A DNA stretch of 63,743 bases, counting the filler, from Circinaria calcarea (taxonomy: Eukaryota), in the NCBI GenBank assembly GCA_051942165.1. It is 15 parts of 15 records of this genome, joined end to end, with 100 filler letters (N's around TTAATTAATTAA, not from the genome) between each part and the next. Parts side by side here need not be neighbours in the genome. Positions count along the whole stretch, not along the records: positions 8,531 to 12,691 come from JAVECS010002431.1; positions 12,792 to 16,952 come from JAVECS010002432.1; positions 17,053 to 21,213 come from JAVECS010002433.1; positions 21,314 to 25,473 come from JAVECS010002434.1; 11 more parts are not named here. One strand, given 5' to 3'. Positions within the stretch are counted from its first letter, which is position 1. Each line of letters starts with the position of its first letter. The notes beneath the pieces were generated by a model. The model was not told the DNA's origin, made no database searches, and saw only the letters and a list, made by a program, of their open reading frames with translations. Below, one piece after another: positions 12,251 through 25,473 of this stretch. Made by a program: the position numbers and the translations under genes.

Positions 12251-12528
12251 TTTCCTGTATTCTGTGCATTGCTGCATTGTGGGTGATGTACGTGAGTGTC
12301 GGTCCTATCTAAACACCAAACAGCATAGAACATCATCGACAATCCCCTGGAACATTGCCCATCCATCGATCACTATAGACAACAGAAAATTTCCTGTATT
12401 CTGTGCATTGCTGCATTGTTGGTGATGTACATGAGTGTCGGTCCTATCCAAACACCAACCAGCATAGAACATCATCGACAATCCCCTGGAACATTGCCCA
12501 TCCATCGATCACTATAGACAACAAAAAA
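12251..12528. repeat. 139-bp tandem duplication, 2 copies
   Basis: TTTCCTGTATTCTGTGCATTGCTGC...CACTATAGACAAC starts at 12251 and again at 12390; about 5 substitutions between copies. Confidence 0.92.
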
Positions 12529-12791
12529 GTTTCCCAACCATCCAATCGCCAGCACAATCCAATCCCTGGACTTTCCAAATATTAAAATCAGCCGCATCCG
12601 GAATCTTGCCTTGAGAAATTTCTCAACATCACCTCACCTCCTCGCCTTGCCCCTCACAACCAAAACCCCCTCCCCGACCTCGACCCTCCACNNNNNNNNN
12701 NNNNNNNNNNNNNNNNNNNNNNNNNNNNNNNNNNNTTAATTAATTAANNNNNNNNNNNNNNNNNNNNNNNNNNNNNNNNNNNNNNNNNNNN

Positions 12792-13392
12792 GAATCCCTT
12801 CTTTTCGTATAGGCGATATCCTTTGTCAGACGCCTCTAGGTAACATGGAAGACCTGCCTCATCTGCGAGATCCGTCCCCCACTGCACCAGCATAGCACCA
12901 GCTCCTCGACGTTGGTGCTTGGGATCAGTGACCAGTATACCCAGCACTGAGCACCGATGATTAGCACATCGCCTTTTCTGTGAGAGTCGACATGTCACAC
13001 TTACAGCAATGTGGTTTACCGGCCATGATGCGCTTTCTCTTCTGCTGAATTGCGGTGAAGAAGGCGTCGGCCACGTCGACATTAATCCCTTGGCCCCAAT
13101 CCCTCTTTTTCTCTGTATTCCATTCACTTTCGGGTCTCTCGAGCCTGTAGATATGCCATCTGGCGAATGCTACGATAGTATTGTCGAGGTCGGTATCCAC
13201 GACCTTCATGAGGGTGATGTAGGGATCTTTGAAATCAGTGTATGTTCGTTCCACGGCCTTTTGTTTGCTGTCGTCAGATGGGGTTTGGGGAAACATGATG
13301 GCCATGAAAGGGTCTTCCCCGAATGCTGCGAATTGTATGTCCGGCAGTCGGGGTGCATCTGCCTCGACGACCGGTTGGAGTAGAAGAGGCAT
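12792..13392 (-). CDS. GNAT family N-acetyltransferase (3' truncated)
   Basis: Exon 13392-13005, intron GTAAGT..CAG 13004-12947, exon from 12946. Motif A LVTDPKHQRRGAGAML and YLEASDKGYRLYEKKGF. Confidence 0.92.
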
Positions 13393-13914
13393 CGCGAAAC
13401 AATCACAGTCCGGAAGGGGGTTTGCACAGTCTGACCGGGAAGGTTGTGCCTGCGGATGGCTCTATAGTTTTATATCCTAAGAAAGAGCTCTTGGGTGAGT
13501 CTGTCTCCCTATATGATGTCTTTGCAGTAATTCCGAGCCTACAGCTGATGACTCATCTGTGTGTGCTGTTTTTGAGTCACTGGTGTCGTGACTCATCGTT
13601 CTGCAGGGAAGTGTCTGGTGGTGATAATAGGTTACCAGAAATCTGTCTCCCTAAATATGATACGGAGTGAGCATGCAGACTTGTATCAGACGCCGCCCCC
13701 CAGCAGTGGATGAAAGTTGTAAGTCTCTTCTGGGAAATGATCTCTACAGATGGTGTACCTCAAACTTTGACGGATAAGGCTGCTTTATCTGCGACTTGGA
13801 AACACGTTCTGGTTCCGTAGCCCCATCTATGGGTATGTCTACGGGATGAAAGCAGTGAGAGCCGTCTGGTTCCTACATCTGACTGGGAATAAGTTCTCTA
13901 CCGTCAGCGATAAG

Positions 13915-15170
13915 TGGGAATCCTCTATCAGCTAGGTGATAATACCTGGAGTCCTCCCGGGGACCATTGAGGTGCCTCGTTGCATGGACAGTAGCACACG
14001 GTCAGAATAAGAATGCTGCCCCACAAGACGTGCCAGTATCGCTATGCTGCAGTTGATGGTACATATGTCAAGACACTCTAATAAGGCGGTGGAAACTTGC
14101 AAGTCTTGCAGCTTCTTTTCTCGCGCCTTTAGACTGATTTGGGCGTCCTACCTCATACGAAGTAGTGCCTCTTCTAGCATACACTGAGGCAATTTGCCTT
14201 GCTTGGAGGAATGAAGATACTTCTCTGAAGGTATCCTCCAGCCTGGATCTGTCTAAATACGAACAAGGCTCACACGGTCTTTGAATCAACTACCTTACTA
14301 AACAAGATCAGTTGAGAAATACAGGCTATTGTCCTGGCATCTTGTCGGGATTCGGTACAGGAGCCAAATAGCGTACATGCTACACCCATATGCTCGGATT
14401 CCCATTCGGTATCAATCCTAGCATATCTAGTATCTTGGGCGCTCAGCGATAGCAACCGCGTCGCCCAGACAGCTCGCTACATACCCTTTGGGTATTGGGT
14501 CAACTCGGACAAGAACATCTCTTGAGATCTTCCACCGACCCCAAGCGTGGGTGAGAACGTACTGACCCTGGGGAAGATATCTTTTCGATACCGTAATGAC
14601 ACAGTGTCTGGACGTGAAAGTGGCCGTACGAAGCTGCTGGAAGTCCGAAACACCCACATCCCCGCCATCAGAACATCATCTGCCAAGCACAGAACCCGCA
14701 GCTGAAATTGAGTCCAGCGGACATTTATACCATGGAGGATATGTGCGGCTTTGAGATTGCTGCCAGAAAGGAGAGTTCTTGGTGCAATGTCTTGTCTAAA
14801 ATGAGAAAATGGAGTCTTTCCGATACGCTCGAGACATCCTTTACGGGTATCGTGCCGGATCTGGTAATCGACGTTGAGGAGCAATGGAGTTGGTTGCGGT
14901 TGAGCGCTTTGGCGAATTCGATGAGAGATGGACCAGCTTCGGGCGCAGCGCACTTTAGTTTGGATAGAATACTCTAACTCTAGCCTGGTATAAATTAGGT
15001 GGCAAAATCAAGCTCTGCTCTACGCCGGTGACGTCTAGGGCAATGAACAGGGGTTTTGCATAGACATTTTCTTGCGAATTTCGCATACAGTCACCAACAA
15101 CCCCAAAGAGGCGCCGGTGATGCCAATACTCCCACAGCTTACTCGCCACATCGTATTCGAACTCCGCTCT
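13915..15170 (+). pseudogene. Heavily degenerate histidine acid phosphatase/phytase (PHO-like) pseudogene
   Basis: Colinear fragments across shifting frames: ILYQLGDNTW; VHMSRHSNK (corrupt RHGxRxP); QLRNTGYCPGILSGFGTGAK*RTCY; WALSDSNRVAQTARY; YRNDTVSGRESG..HIPAIR; IYTMEDMCGFE..SSWCNV; SFRYARDILYGYRAGSGN; WLRLSALANSMRDGP; ILPQLTRHIVFE. Multiple stops and frameshifts. Confidence 0.8.
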
Positions 15171-16207
15171 CGCAGCTGGCCCACCCTGACGGGGACTCTC
15201 TGGGTCAACGGATATTCGGATAGGAAAAAGCAATGACAAAGCGGGTGCGGAGTCGTAATGGTGGGTTAGCTATCCTAATGTTGAAACCTATGTCCATGTC
15301 CACGCCCAGCGAACAGAAGTTCACGGTAGCGTATCTCTAAGGGAGTATGGATAGAATGGAGAAGGTGAGGGAGAGAAATGGGATGGGTGGTGATTTAGGA
15401 AGGAGGCGATGTCCATAGGAAAGGCTGTATCTGGGACTGCGATAGGGAGGATTGGCAAGAGTGGATGGAAATGGTAGAAGTAGAGGTAAGGGGTAGGTAG
15501 ATTGGATTTCGGAAGGAAGCAACTTACAGACGGGGAGAGGGGAATATGGTACAGGTGAAGGAAGAGAGTAAATGATGTTAATCGTTATATATATCACCAT
15601 AGGACTGGGTGAAAAAGGTGACTGGGAACGGAGAATACGATAGATGGAGCACCATAGACGAAGCTCGACAGATCCTTATGCGGTAATGATATTATAATTA
15701 GGATATAAAGGTATACAAGTGCTTATTCTATAGTCGATCCCGAGTTAGCAGTATCTCCTCTAGAGAGAAGATGAGAGCGCAGCGATATCAGATGCAGGTA
15801 TGTCGAGACCTATCTATGCTCCTTCCTATCATGCATACAGTACGCCTTGAAAGAAAAGCGATATCTCTGTAGAGGATACCATGTTGGAGCTCCGCAATAA
15901 GTAAGCCTGTGGCTTCGTGAGAAGGGCCAAGTATGTAGCCTCTAGACAAGCAGCGGCCACGCCAAAGTCCTCATGAGAAGCGGACCGGCAATGCCATGTT
16001 GAATTTCCCAATGAGAAAAGTGAAGGCGCCAACAACTAATACCGGCACGATGTATCAATTACTTAATCCAAAGGTCCATGAGCTTCGCAGTTTTCTCTTC
16101 TGACGCCATAAGTAAATTCGTGAGATCGTGATAGTTGGGAATTGAGCGTTACGTTCCTAGCCTCGTGGCTAAATGGACCCTCGCTTACGATGGTCTGGAA
16201 TAGCTTA

Positions 16208-16952
16208 TTACCCCTGGCTCGGCCTCTCTTCTTCAATAGGTTTTGGTTCATCACTCGATCTTTCCTCAACATCAGGCACATGTTCTCTCTCCTTTCCATT
16301 CCTTGACTTCCTTACATCAAGTTGGCCCGCTCGGCTCGGCGCTCGAGAGCGTTGGTGATACGCGTCCGTTAGACTCCTGTCACTCGTCATGCTCTGCATC
16401 CCGTTGCGGCTCATAAATTCGGAGTTTCGGTTGCTCCCATCATGCCACGCATTGAAATCCTTGCTACTCCAGCTCGCACGGTGTGGCCGAGCCCCGTACG
16501 GCAGGTTTGAGCTCGACATATTGGACTGTACGCTGTTGGCACGCATACCACGGGATGTTCCTGGAGCTCCATTATTGTCAGCGACAATAGAGGTATTTGA
16601 ACCGTGTGGATCGTTTCCGCCACCGTATTTCTCGTCTTCGTCTTCAATTTTTGCAACGCGACGGACTGATCCAACGTTGAAATACGGCTCCTTGGGTTCT
16701 TCAGGTACAGGTGGTGGCGAAGGTGGCCGGTCCAATGCTGCACGTCTGATGTGTGCAAAGTACCTTTCACGCAATGGAGCCCAGTGTCGTGGCCGGAAAT
16801 CTTCACGGTTTCGAGTAATTGACATGTAACTCGATATAGCGCCAATGACAATCAGGATTAGGAGAGCAATGGTCAGGAACCCTTGTATAACGATGATGAT
16901 AACACCGATAGCCGTGGCAATGATTCGAGGGAGATTGAAGCGATGGTCAAAA
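16208..16952 (-). CDS. TRP-like/flavin-carrier (FLC) family membrane protein, C-terminal part
   Basis: Frame open from the contig edge: FDHRFNLPRIIATAIGVIIIVIQGFLTIALLILIVIGAISSYMSITRNRE (last TM helix), then PEEPKEPYFNVGSVRRVAKIEDEDE and a disordered tail. Confidence 0.7.
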
Positions 16953-18304
16953 NNNNNNNNNNNNNNNNNNNNNNNNNNNNNNNNNNNNNNNNNNNNTTAA
17001 TTAATTAANNNNNNNNNNNNNNNNNNNNNNNNNNNNNNNNNNNNNNNNNNNNTAACTTCTCGCTAAACAATAACCTCTAACTTTGTAGGACCCCTCTAAT
17101 GCTGGTGGTCCTGCGCCTGAATCTTAGGCTGGAAGGGTCAGTAACTACGGCTGGGGGTAATTCAGGGTTGCAAAGTTTTTTGTCAAGCGCGTGGGAGGGT
17201 AGGCTGGTAGAAATTGTATTCTCGTATTGGCCACAACTAGGTCTACTAGTACATCAATAGCTCCGTTGTGGATGTTCAATTGGAGCTATGTAACCAGGCC
17301 AAGGGGGGGGGGGGGGCCTTGTAGACGAGGTATTGATTGGCTGGGAGCACACTATTATTCCGGGCCTACCTAAACAACCTCCGAGCATAACCAAAAAAAA
17401 AAAAAAAAAAAACCCCCAAATGATAAATAAAGGAAGGAAGGTAAATATGTTACCCCGTTAAGGGTTAGCCCATCAGTACCTTACCTTTACCTTTAGCGGC
17501 TGTGGCCTGTGTGCTGTGTCCGTACGCCTGTGTCCTATATCCTGTGTCCGTACGCCTGTACATCCTTGTTTTAAATATCCCAAATATCCCATCCCTACAT
17601 ATCCTACATATGACCTGTGGTTTTTTCTCTCATAGAATAAAAAAATACTCCGTATGCGTATGCCCTTCCTCCTTCCCTCCTTCCCTCCTTCCCTCCTTCC
17701 TTCCTGCAGGAAAATAAGAGTAGGTAGTGGGCAGTAGCAGTAGGCAGTAGCAGTAAAACCACTCTAGTACGTGTCTGTGTCTGACTTATTTCAAGTACAT
17801 ATTTCAAGTCTTAGGTATTTGCCGTTTTTTGTTTTTTTTTTCCAATTCTGAAATCCAAAAGTTCAAAAATCCTGAAATCCCCAAAATCGCCTAGAATAAA
17901 CCTAAAAAAGGGAAGGGGGGGGAGGTGGTTTGAATATGGGGATATGGGATATCATGTCCTTTAGTTCTAGTTCCTAGTTCCCAGTTCCTGCCCACAAGTG
18001 TTCGTCGACCGGTCACCGGTCTGGAATCTGAAGAATCTCACAACACAAAGGGGGGTTTAAAACTCTTTGAGAGGAATTGCTCTCGAAACTATTGATCGAC
18101 TATCCGTTGAAGTCAGATTCATATCCGAAACCCAAATCCAAATCCAGAGTCATATCCAAAATCCAATTCCAATTCCTCCATTTGGTTGCTTTGATCCAAG
18201 GGTCCATGCTTTCCATCCATTCCATCATCCCGTAAACCCCAGCATCAAGAAATTCCTTCCTATCCCCAATTTCCATCAATGTCGTAGGCGCATTTCGGAG
18301 TGAC

Positions 18305-21204
18305 TCATCTGCGATTATATCTCTGCGGCTGCATTCGAACATCAGCCCCCTTGACCAATTTAACAAACCCCCCCCCAAAACACAAGAAGACATGGAAAAA
18401 AACCATACCTTGTAATCCCTCGCCACCTCCAGGTTAATCTTAAAATCGCGATACAAGGCCTTAATCTCGCCCTTGTCTTCCATCTCATCCACCACCTTGT
18501 TGGAGAACTCGCCGCGCTTCTTGGTGCTCCAGTTTTCGCGCTCGACAATCTTCTCGGGACTGGTGTGGTCTTGGTTTTTGAGCCAGTCGAGGACCCATTC
18601 GTTGAGGTGGTAGCGCCAGTGCAGGAGGGAGTGGCCAATTTCGGCGTTGGCTTTGCAGAATCTGCGAATTAGGGTGTCAGCAGTGAAAGGGATTTTTATT
18701 TGATTCAAGGAACTTTAAATTGGGAATATTGCTTGAAGGAAGATGATATCATTGATTTTTTCCAACTTCGATTTCAGACAGAGGCCCCCGGAACTCTCAC
18801 CAAAGAATCCAGAATGAAACCATCTTTGCTTACCTGCCGACAAAGTACTGCTTATCCGCACTCGGAATTGGATTACCACGCTCATCGTGACTCATGGAAT
18901 CCTCATCCTCATCGCTGTCATCTTCATCATCTGACACTGGCTCCAGACTATCGTGATGGTATGCTTTGCCGGTGAACTGGATACGGAAACTAGCCGGATG
19001 GCCGGATCGATTGCATGCATCGCACTTTTTCTCCAACATGGTAGGTATATCAAGTATCGTTAGTTCCGGCCGAGCCTTGATTGCTCGTGCAAAATCTCCC
19101 AACCAGGCAGCCGACAAGAATTTCGACCCGGCAAAACCTTTGACTTCATCGTCTAGCTTGAAAAATGCAACTCGATATATGGGATCGTTTCGAGCAAAGG
19201 CGCGATTCAGCTTGTTGTGCACCATCCATTCCACTACATCCTTGAAGTATTCCTTGATGTGTTTATGCGCATGTCTTGTGTACTCCAGAGGCATCTCTTC
19301 CAGTCCAGTGGGTGCTCCCAAAGGGACTTCGTCATCATCAGTTACAAAGTCCTCGTCGTAATCGTCAACATCGGCTCGTAAAGCTTGGCGGATAGCCTCA
19401 TGGCCAGATTCCTCTTCTTCCTCGCTAACTTCACTTGCAGCATGCAATCCGTCGTCAAGGTCCAGCTCACTATCAGCCGAGTTGTGGGCAGGCATCGCGT
19501 TTTCTTCATTGTCTGAAGCGACGTCGATGAATTTCTGCTTGGCCCGACGTTGTCTTAAAAGTTCCAAAGCCTTGCCCTTGCTATTGACTTTTCGACCTCG
19601 AATGCGATCATCCCGAACCTCTGCAGTAGTAAAATTAGCAAACGTGGTTGTCAATACTCTGTAGAGATATCAAAGTAAAGAGGGAGGTTTCAGTCTTAGA
19701 TAATTTGAATGCATACAGCCTTAACCCTAGGTCATTGTTTAGTCATCAAACACACGTACCTGTCTCTTGTAGAGCTTCAAGATCCTCCTGAAGGTCGTCT
19801 GCAACCTGCTTCCTAGAGTTCCCAATAAAGGTCGATGGAGATTGCTCCAAGGGCCGCACAAGTCGTTTTCGTTTAGGAAGAGAAACGATAACATCGTCAG
19901 ACTCATCACTAGAATCCATGTTATTGCCTTCTGTACTACCTTGGTGGTCTTTCCTCTTGCGACGTGAGGATGGGGTTGTAACAAGGCTACTTTCGCGCAA
20001 AGGACTAATATCCGTCGAAGCAATATTTGCGGTTTCCTTTGTAGGACGTCTTACAGAAGATTGCAATTCAGTGCCGGAATCCGATGTCAAGTCATCACTT
20101 GAGAGATTGATTGGCAAAGGGGAGGACTTTGGCTGTTGTCTCATTCGAGACGACGATTCGCGGTTCTTGGAAGCAGATGCTTCCTTGAGTTTCGTTGAGC
20201 TTCTTGTCTGATGTGAAGAGCTCGGGTGTTTCTTTGACTTGGTCGGGGTGGCTATGTGGATTTTACGTAAGCTTGATACAGGTGCATTCCCAGTACTTCC
20301 ACCAAGCAAAAATGAACGTGAGTTGATGCGAGAAGAAAGTCTGGGCCTACTCTGCTTAGGGGTGACAGACACTCTATGCGCCGCCTTAGGTCTCTGCCCA
20401 TTCCGGCGTGGACTTGTAAGGTTGAGCGTGCTGTCATCCGATCCTTTATCCGATTCTTCCTCGCTGCTGACTATTATGGTGTTTTGAGCCTCCTTACGCT
20501 TCCGTCGATTGAGCAATGGGAGTTCTTCTCCGCTGCTAAAACCATCCATAGCCCCGGTTGGAGATTCACCAAGGTCGTCCTGCAACTTAGAATCTGATTT
20601 GCTTGCTCTACCATGGTTATGAGAATCCCCAGACGACAATCCATCAGTAGTTGCTTTTGACTTGGAAAGGGGCGTCATAGGCGCGTTCGGGTTGATTGAT
20701 CTCTGGTTGTGGATAAACAAGACCTTCGAGTTTTTCTGCCTGTTTGGTGGCCCGTAGTCGGAATCCGAGCTTGAAGACATGTACTCAGGATCCGCATCTA
20801 ACAGGTAGCATATAAGCATCAGGTCGCAAAGGGAAGGTTATAGAAATACCTAGCCTTGTTCCTGAGTTGAGAGGTTGTGATGAAGCTATTGGCGTTGGAG
20901 GAGCTCCAACTGAGATTTTCTCTTTCTTGTATCGTCCCATGCTAGAGGACTGTACGGTCATTGCTGAGCCGGAGTCTTTCGAGGGTGACTTGGGGTGGAC
21001 ACTGATCCGACTTTGAACTTTGTTTCCTATTCCATCTCCAAGACGTCTTCTTTTGGTCGGGCTAGATAGATCATTGTAGCGCACAGAAGCAGCACGTTCT
21101 TGAATCTGGCTCGGATATTTGACTGCTGCCGGCGAAGAAGAGGGCAGGGGGGTGAATGTCAAACGCGTTTGCAACTTGCGTGTCGAGCTGCGAGTAGACG
21201 GCAT
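18305..21204 (-). CDS. DUF4211/CCDC82-like protein, multi-exon, long Ser/Arg/Asp-rich N-terminus
   Basis: Start MPSTRSSTRKLQTRLTFTPLPSSSP; ORFs 20785-21204, 19746-20819, 18830-19654 and 18100-18708 join through GT-AG introns. Conserved block FKDVVEWMVHNKL, KFLSAAW..F..AIKARP, CDACNRSGHPA, VGRFC..NAEIGHSLLHWRYHL. Last exon PQRYNRR* ends at 18305. Confidence 0.8.
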
Positions 21205-21313
21205 CTTTGAGCTNNNNNNNNNNNNNNNNNNNNNNNNNNNNNNNNNNNNNNNNNNNNTTAATTAATTAANNNNNNNNNNNNNNNNNNNNNNNNNNNNNNN
21301 NNNNNNNNNNNNN

Positions 21314-21747
21314 TGCTCACGTGTCTCAACAGCGGCCATCTGGTGCTCATGACGCTCTGGGAGCACTTCACGGTCCTTGATAGGCTGAATGGAAGTGTGG
21401 AAGTGGTCCTGGTGCACCTCACGGTCAATGGCAGTGGTAGCCTCTTCATGACGATGCTTCGAGACGGTCTCGTTCACGACAGCTGGTGCGACTCTCTCGT
21501 GGACGGTGGTGTCATGCTTTCCGGCCTTGGAGCTGAGGTGAATGTGTTAGCGAAATTCGAGATTACTATGGGCCAGCGCGCGAGGAAAGCAAATAGGAGA
21601 AGCTGCAATGGCAGACGGACGTGTCTTGTACATCTGCCATGAAGCTGTACAGGGATGCGTCATTTGTAGACTGACAGGAGTGAGCAAAGGAATAAGACGG
21701 CGACATCCTTACAGTAGATCACTGACGGCAGCCTTGGCTTTGTCCAT
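21314..21747 (-). CDS. His-rich fungal 'allergen'-family stress protein (3' truncated)
   Basis: Exon 21747-21713, intron GTAAGG..CAG, exon 21532-21314: MDKAKAAVSDLLSKAGKHDTTVHERVAPAVVNETVSKHRHEEATTAIDREVHQDHFHTSIQPIKDREVLPERH. Confidence 0.85.
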
Positions 21748-23413
21748 TATGAATGCTTCTTTAAGTCTGTGGACTGGTGATGCAAGTGATGGATGCTGGG
21801 GACGTGTGTGTGTGAAAGCTGGATGCAAGTGGCGGGAATGTAAATGTAGGGAATGGTATGGAGGAGAGAAGAAGAGAGGGGGAGAACGCGGGATCGAGGT
21901 GAATAAATAGCGATGACGACGATCCTCGCAGTCACTGTGATTGATTCACTTTGCAGAAGGTCCCACGGCCACAGTGGGACGCAATTGCCCCTCCGACCCC
22001 ACCTTTGATGCCATTGGCTCCTTTTCGCTCACTTTACCGTGACAACCAAACTTAGTGGGGGCCCAATTCGAACGCTAACCTACCCCTTACCGTACTCTGT
22101 GGCGTCATCAGCTGCCAGTGATTGGCTCCATGGGTATTCACATCACTGCGAAGCCCCAAGCCGCCACAGTTCGGAGCACCGCCTCCCACGTTTTCCCACC
22201 ATTGATTGACCCACCCACAATTGGACTATTCCCCACTGAGACTTAATCCTTCCCAAAGCTGAGATTGCCGGGTCCGCCATGATCTTCCTACGTCAATCCA
22301 CATGGGCGGGAAAGCGCATCCAGCTCAAAGACAAGTACAATGAGAGATGGGCGAAATGGTTGCACGGAAGACCGCTCCCACCCAGACTACGTCGGCAGGA
22401 GAGGAGGAAAAACCGGATTTCCTGCAAAGGAGCTCCATACAATCCGGATGCTTCCAAGGACGCCTGACAATCTGGCATCATGATTACCGCAAGGGCCACG
22501 GACCTCGATCGGGGAAGAGTTGGCCTACAGATGAACATCTTACGCACTAGAGCTTCCTCGGCAGGAGAGGCTACCATTTAAGCTCGGGATGGTGGCTTGT
22601 TAGTCATCATCTCTCATGCCGTCATCTCCAGGTAAACACACGACTGACGACGAACAAATAGCTTTCGTGCCCGGCCGAGTGATGAGAATACTGTGATATA
22701 CTATCGTGTCAACATTGTTGCTCCCTCTGCCCGGATAAATAGGTGCTTCTGTCGGTCTGGGCTTGGCAGTCGATAGGAACTATGACCTGTGCCGGAAACG
22801 TCATCGATTGGCTGCGTGTCTTGGAATGACTGTGGTAGGGTCGAGACCACCCGAAGAAAAGGAGGCTTGACACACTGCCACTAAGGGCGGTACCCGGTAA
22901 ATTACAAGTACCAGTAGCTTTAGCTGCGAAATGAGATCATATCAAGAACTTGGCACGGACAGCAGGGAATCAGCAGGGAATCAGCAAGAGCAGACGCCCT
23001 ATTCCATTCCTGGCAATTGCGCATAATTACCTACAAGTGGACGGGTGAATGACCTAAGTGCTTCCTATGATATTCTACGCAGTCGATTCACATCCACCAC
23101 ATGGTTTCAACCGACCTTTGGACTTGCCTCCTGTAGCAATCCCCCATTCTCCTTTCTCCTTGCCCGTGATTCCCAGTGCCCGTTGATTGACTGGGCCGAG
23201 GATCCAGATTCACCGTTAGCCCCAGGACCTTATACTCCCAGAGCCACGACCACGACCCCGACCCCGACCTTGCAACTACCTCGTCCCTCATTCCCCAGAC
23301 CTTCTCCATTCATCTCTGCCTCATTGGTCGTCGCTCCATCCGGCCTACTCCGCACGAAAACAGTACTCGTGCTGTCATACCTTCGACCATTTTACTCCCC
23401 CCCTCCCCCAGCC

Positions 23414-25473
23414 ATGGCGTCCAAGGTGAAAAAACTCTTCCACCGGAAGAAGGACGACGAGGCTGAGCCGCAGCAGCAAAGTCCTCCACAGCGCCGGCGC
23501 CGGTCCAGTGCGGGCAGGGACACTTCGGCATTCCGCCATTCTCTCTACGAAAATACAACGTCGGCTGGAGATCCCCAGACGGGAGACTACCCGATCCAGA
23601 GTAACGGCAGCCAATCCTATTTGCCAGGACGCCGAAGCCACGGTCACAAGCCTGCAGACACGGATCCGGCTTATCCACCACCTCTGCCCCGTCACCAAGA
23701 TCCAAATGCAAATACCGACCCCTTTCAACCCGCGTACAACCAGCAACAACTTCCGGTGGCAAACACCCATCCTCCTCAGCCAATGTATAACCAGCAAGGA
23801 CAGCCTAGGCCAAGTGCCAATTCCTCCACATCGCCGCTGTCACACGAATTTGCCAATCTGAACCTCAACAATGGCGATAGTGAGTTTTCCTGTGAATGGG
23901 ATATTGGTAGAAGCATCTAAACTCCTACAGATTTGCCGTCTCGGAGCCCTGCCAGGCGATTCAATCCGCCACCTCCTTCGCTAGCTTCAGCATCGCACGA
24001 TGAAGAATTTCCCATGCGCAATGCGCCTGGTAGAACCCAAGCAAACATACAAGATATCCGAAACCGTACAGATCCACAAGATCGCCGAAGTTCAGCAAGT
24101 ATACAAGATTCTCAAAGCTTGGCAAGGAGGGCAAATCTTGCAGCTCCGACGGCATCCACCGGCCCGTACATTGAAGATGCTGCAAATCGCAGCAGTCCTG
24201 GTATTAGTCAAGTTGATATGCGTGACCCGCAATATTCATACCTGTCTTCGGTCTACGGACAGGGCGCGGAGGGTAACTCGGGAGTTACCGGACGTAATCA
24301 CGGCTACATAGAGCAGCGTGACGGCAAAACGGGGACTGTCGGGAATATAGAACCCTATTCAAAGAGGCAAGCTCCTTACTCGCCTACTGGCAAGCACGAC
24401 TCAGCCACAGGACCACAGCAAACCAGATCGGACATGTCTAGAAGGAAATCCATACCCAGGAAGGAGGTCGGAACCGGGCTACCGTCCCAATTGACCGCAG
24501 ATAATTCAATCTCCCCTACAGATGCGTCGATGAATTACAATCAATATTCCAACGTTCAAAAACCATTCCCTACTCCTCCAAATGAACCGTTGATGTTAAG
24601 AGGTCACAATTCAAGTAAGGGCCACTTTGCAAAAAGTTCTAGCGCTAGCCAGCCGCCTGCTCCTGAAGAAGTCATCCGACAAGCCAAGAGCAGTACCTAT
24701 GACACAGAAGTAATAGAAAAAATTGCTCCAGGTCAGTCATTCTCATATCTCATTCCTTTGACTCAACTTCCAGAATCTACAGAGTTGCAGATGAAGATAC
24801 CTGTCCTCTTTTTAGCAGCTGGACGTACTGCTCAAGTAGCGTTCATCCAGTCTGACAATTCGAGCACGTCTCAACTTGTGCCTTCAAAAAAGCGTATTTG
24901 CTGAACCCCTTTTACTCAATCTCATCATCGTGCCTTTTGATAGCTAACATATCCAACATAGCTGTGGTTCACGAAACTGTCAATCAAGAGATTCACCATG
25001 TCCGCGAGGAAGTCATCACACGTGAGATACACAACCACGAGATCTACCACCGCATACTTCCTGTTATCGACGTTGAGGTTCTACCGGCCCGTCATTTCCT
25101 TCCAGTCGAGGGTGGTGGACTTGTTGAAGTTAGCGCCGACGAGGTACCCGGTCGAGGTCGCAGCTGGGTCATTGCGGAAACAGCTTCCAAAATACCATCC
25201 GACGAAGCCGCTCCTCGCAGACGAGACAGATTCTCCGCCCGGGAATTCGTCGGCACCGAAGGCGACACAAGGGAATATATGACTCCCGAGGGTTTTATGA
25301 GAAAGGAGGAGACTTGGGTTCATCCGCCTGAGCTAGAGACCGGTGCTAGAGATACCGGTCAGTCCTGGCCCATGGAGTTTGGCAGTCCGAAGGAAAAGAA
25401 GTCACGGCACCGCTCTTCCTCCGGTGACAAGCACTCGAAAGCTAGAAGCCCTAGGAAGCAATCCACCGTCCGG
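23414..25473 (+). CDS. Large low-complexity protein with C-terminal 'allergen'-family domain (3' truncated)
   Basis: MASKVKKLFHRKKDD at 23414; introns 23880-23930 and 24732-24961; spliced domain IEKIAPAVVHETVNQEIHHVREEVITREIHNHEIYHRILPVIDVEVLPARH. Confidence 0.82.

Noticed and set aside
22960..22987. 11-bp tandem unit CAGCAGGGAAT, about 2.5 copies
   Set aside because: Too short to distinguish from ordinary slippage.
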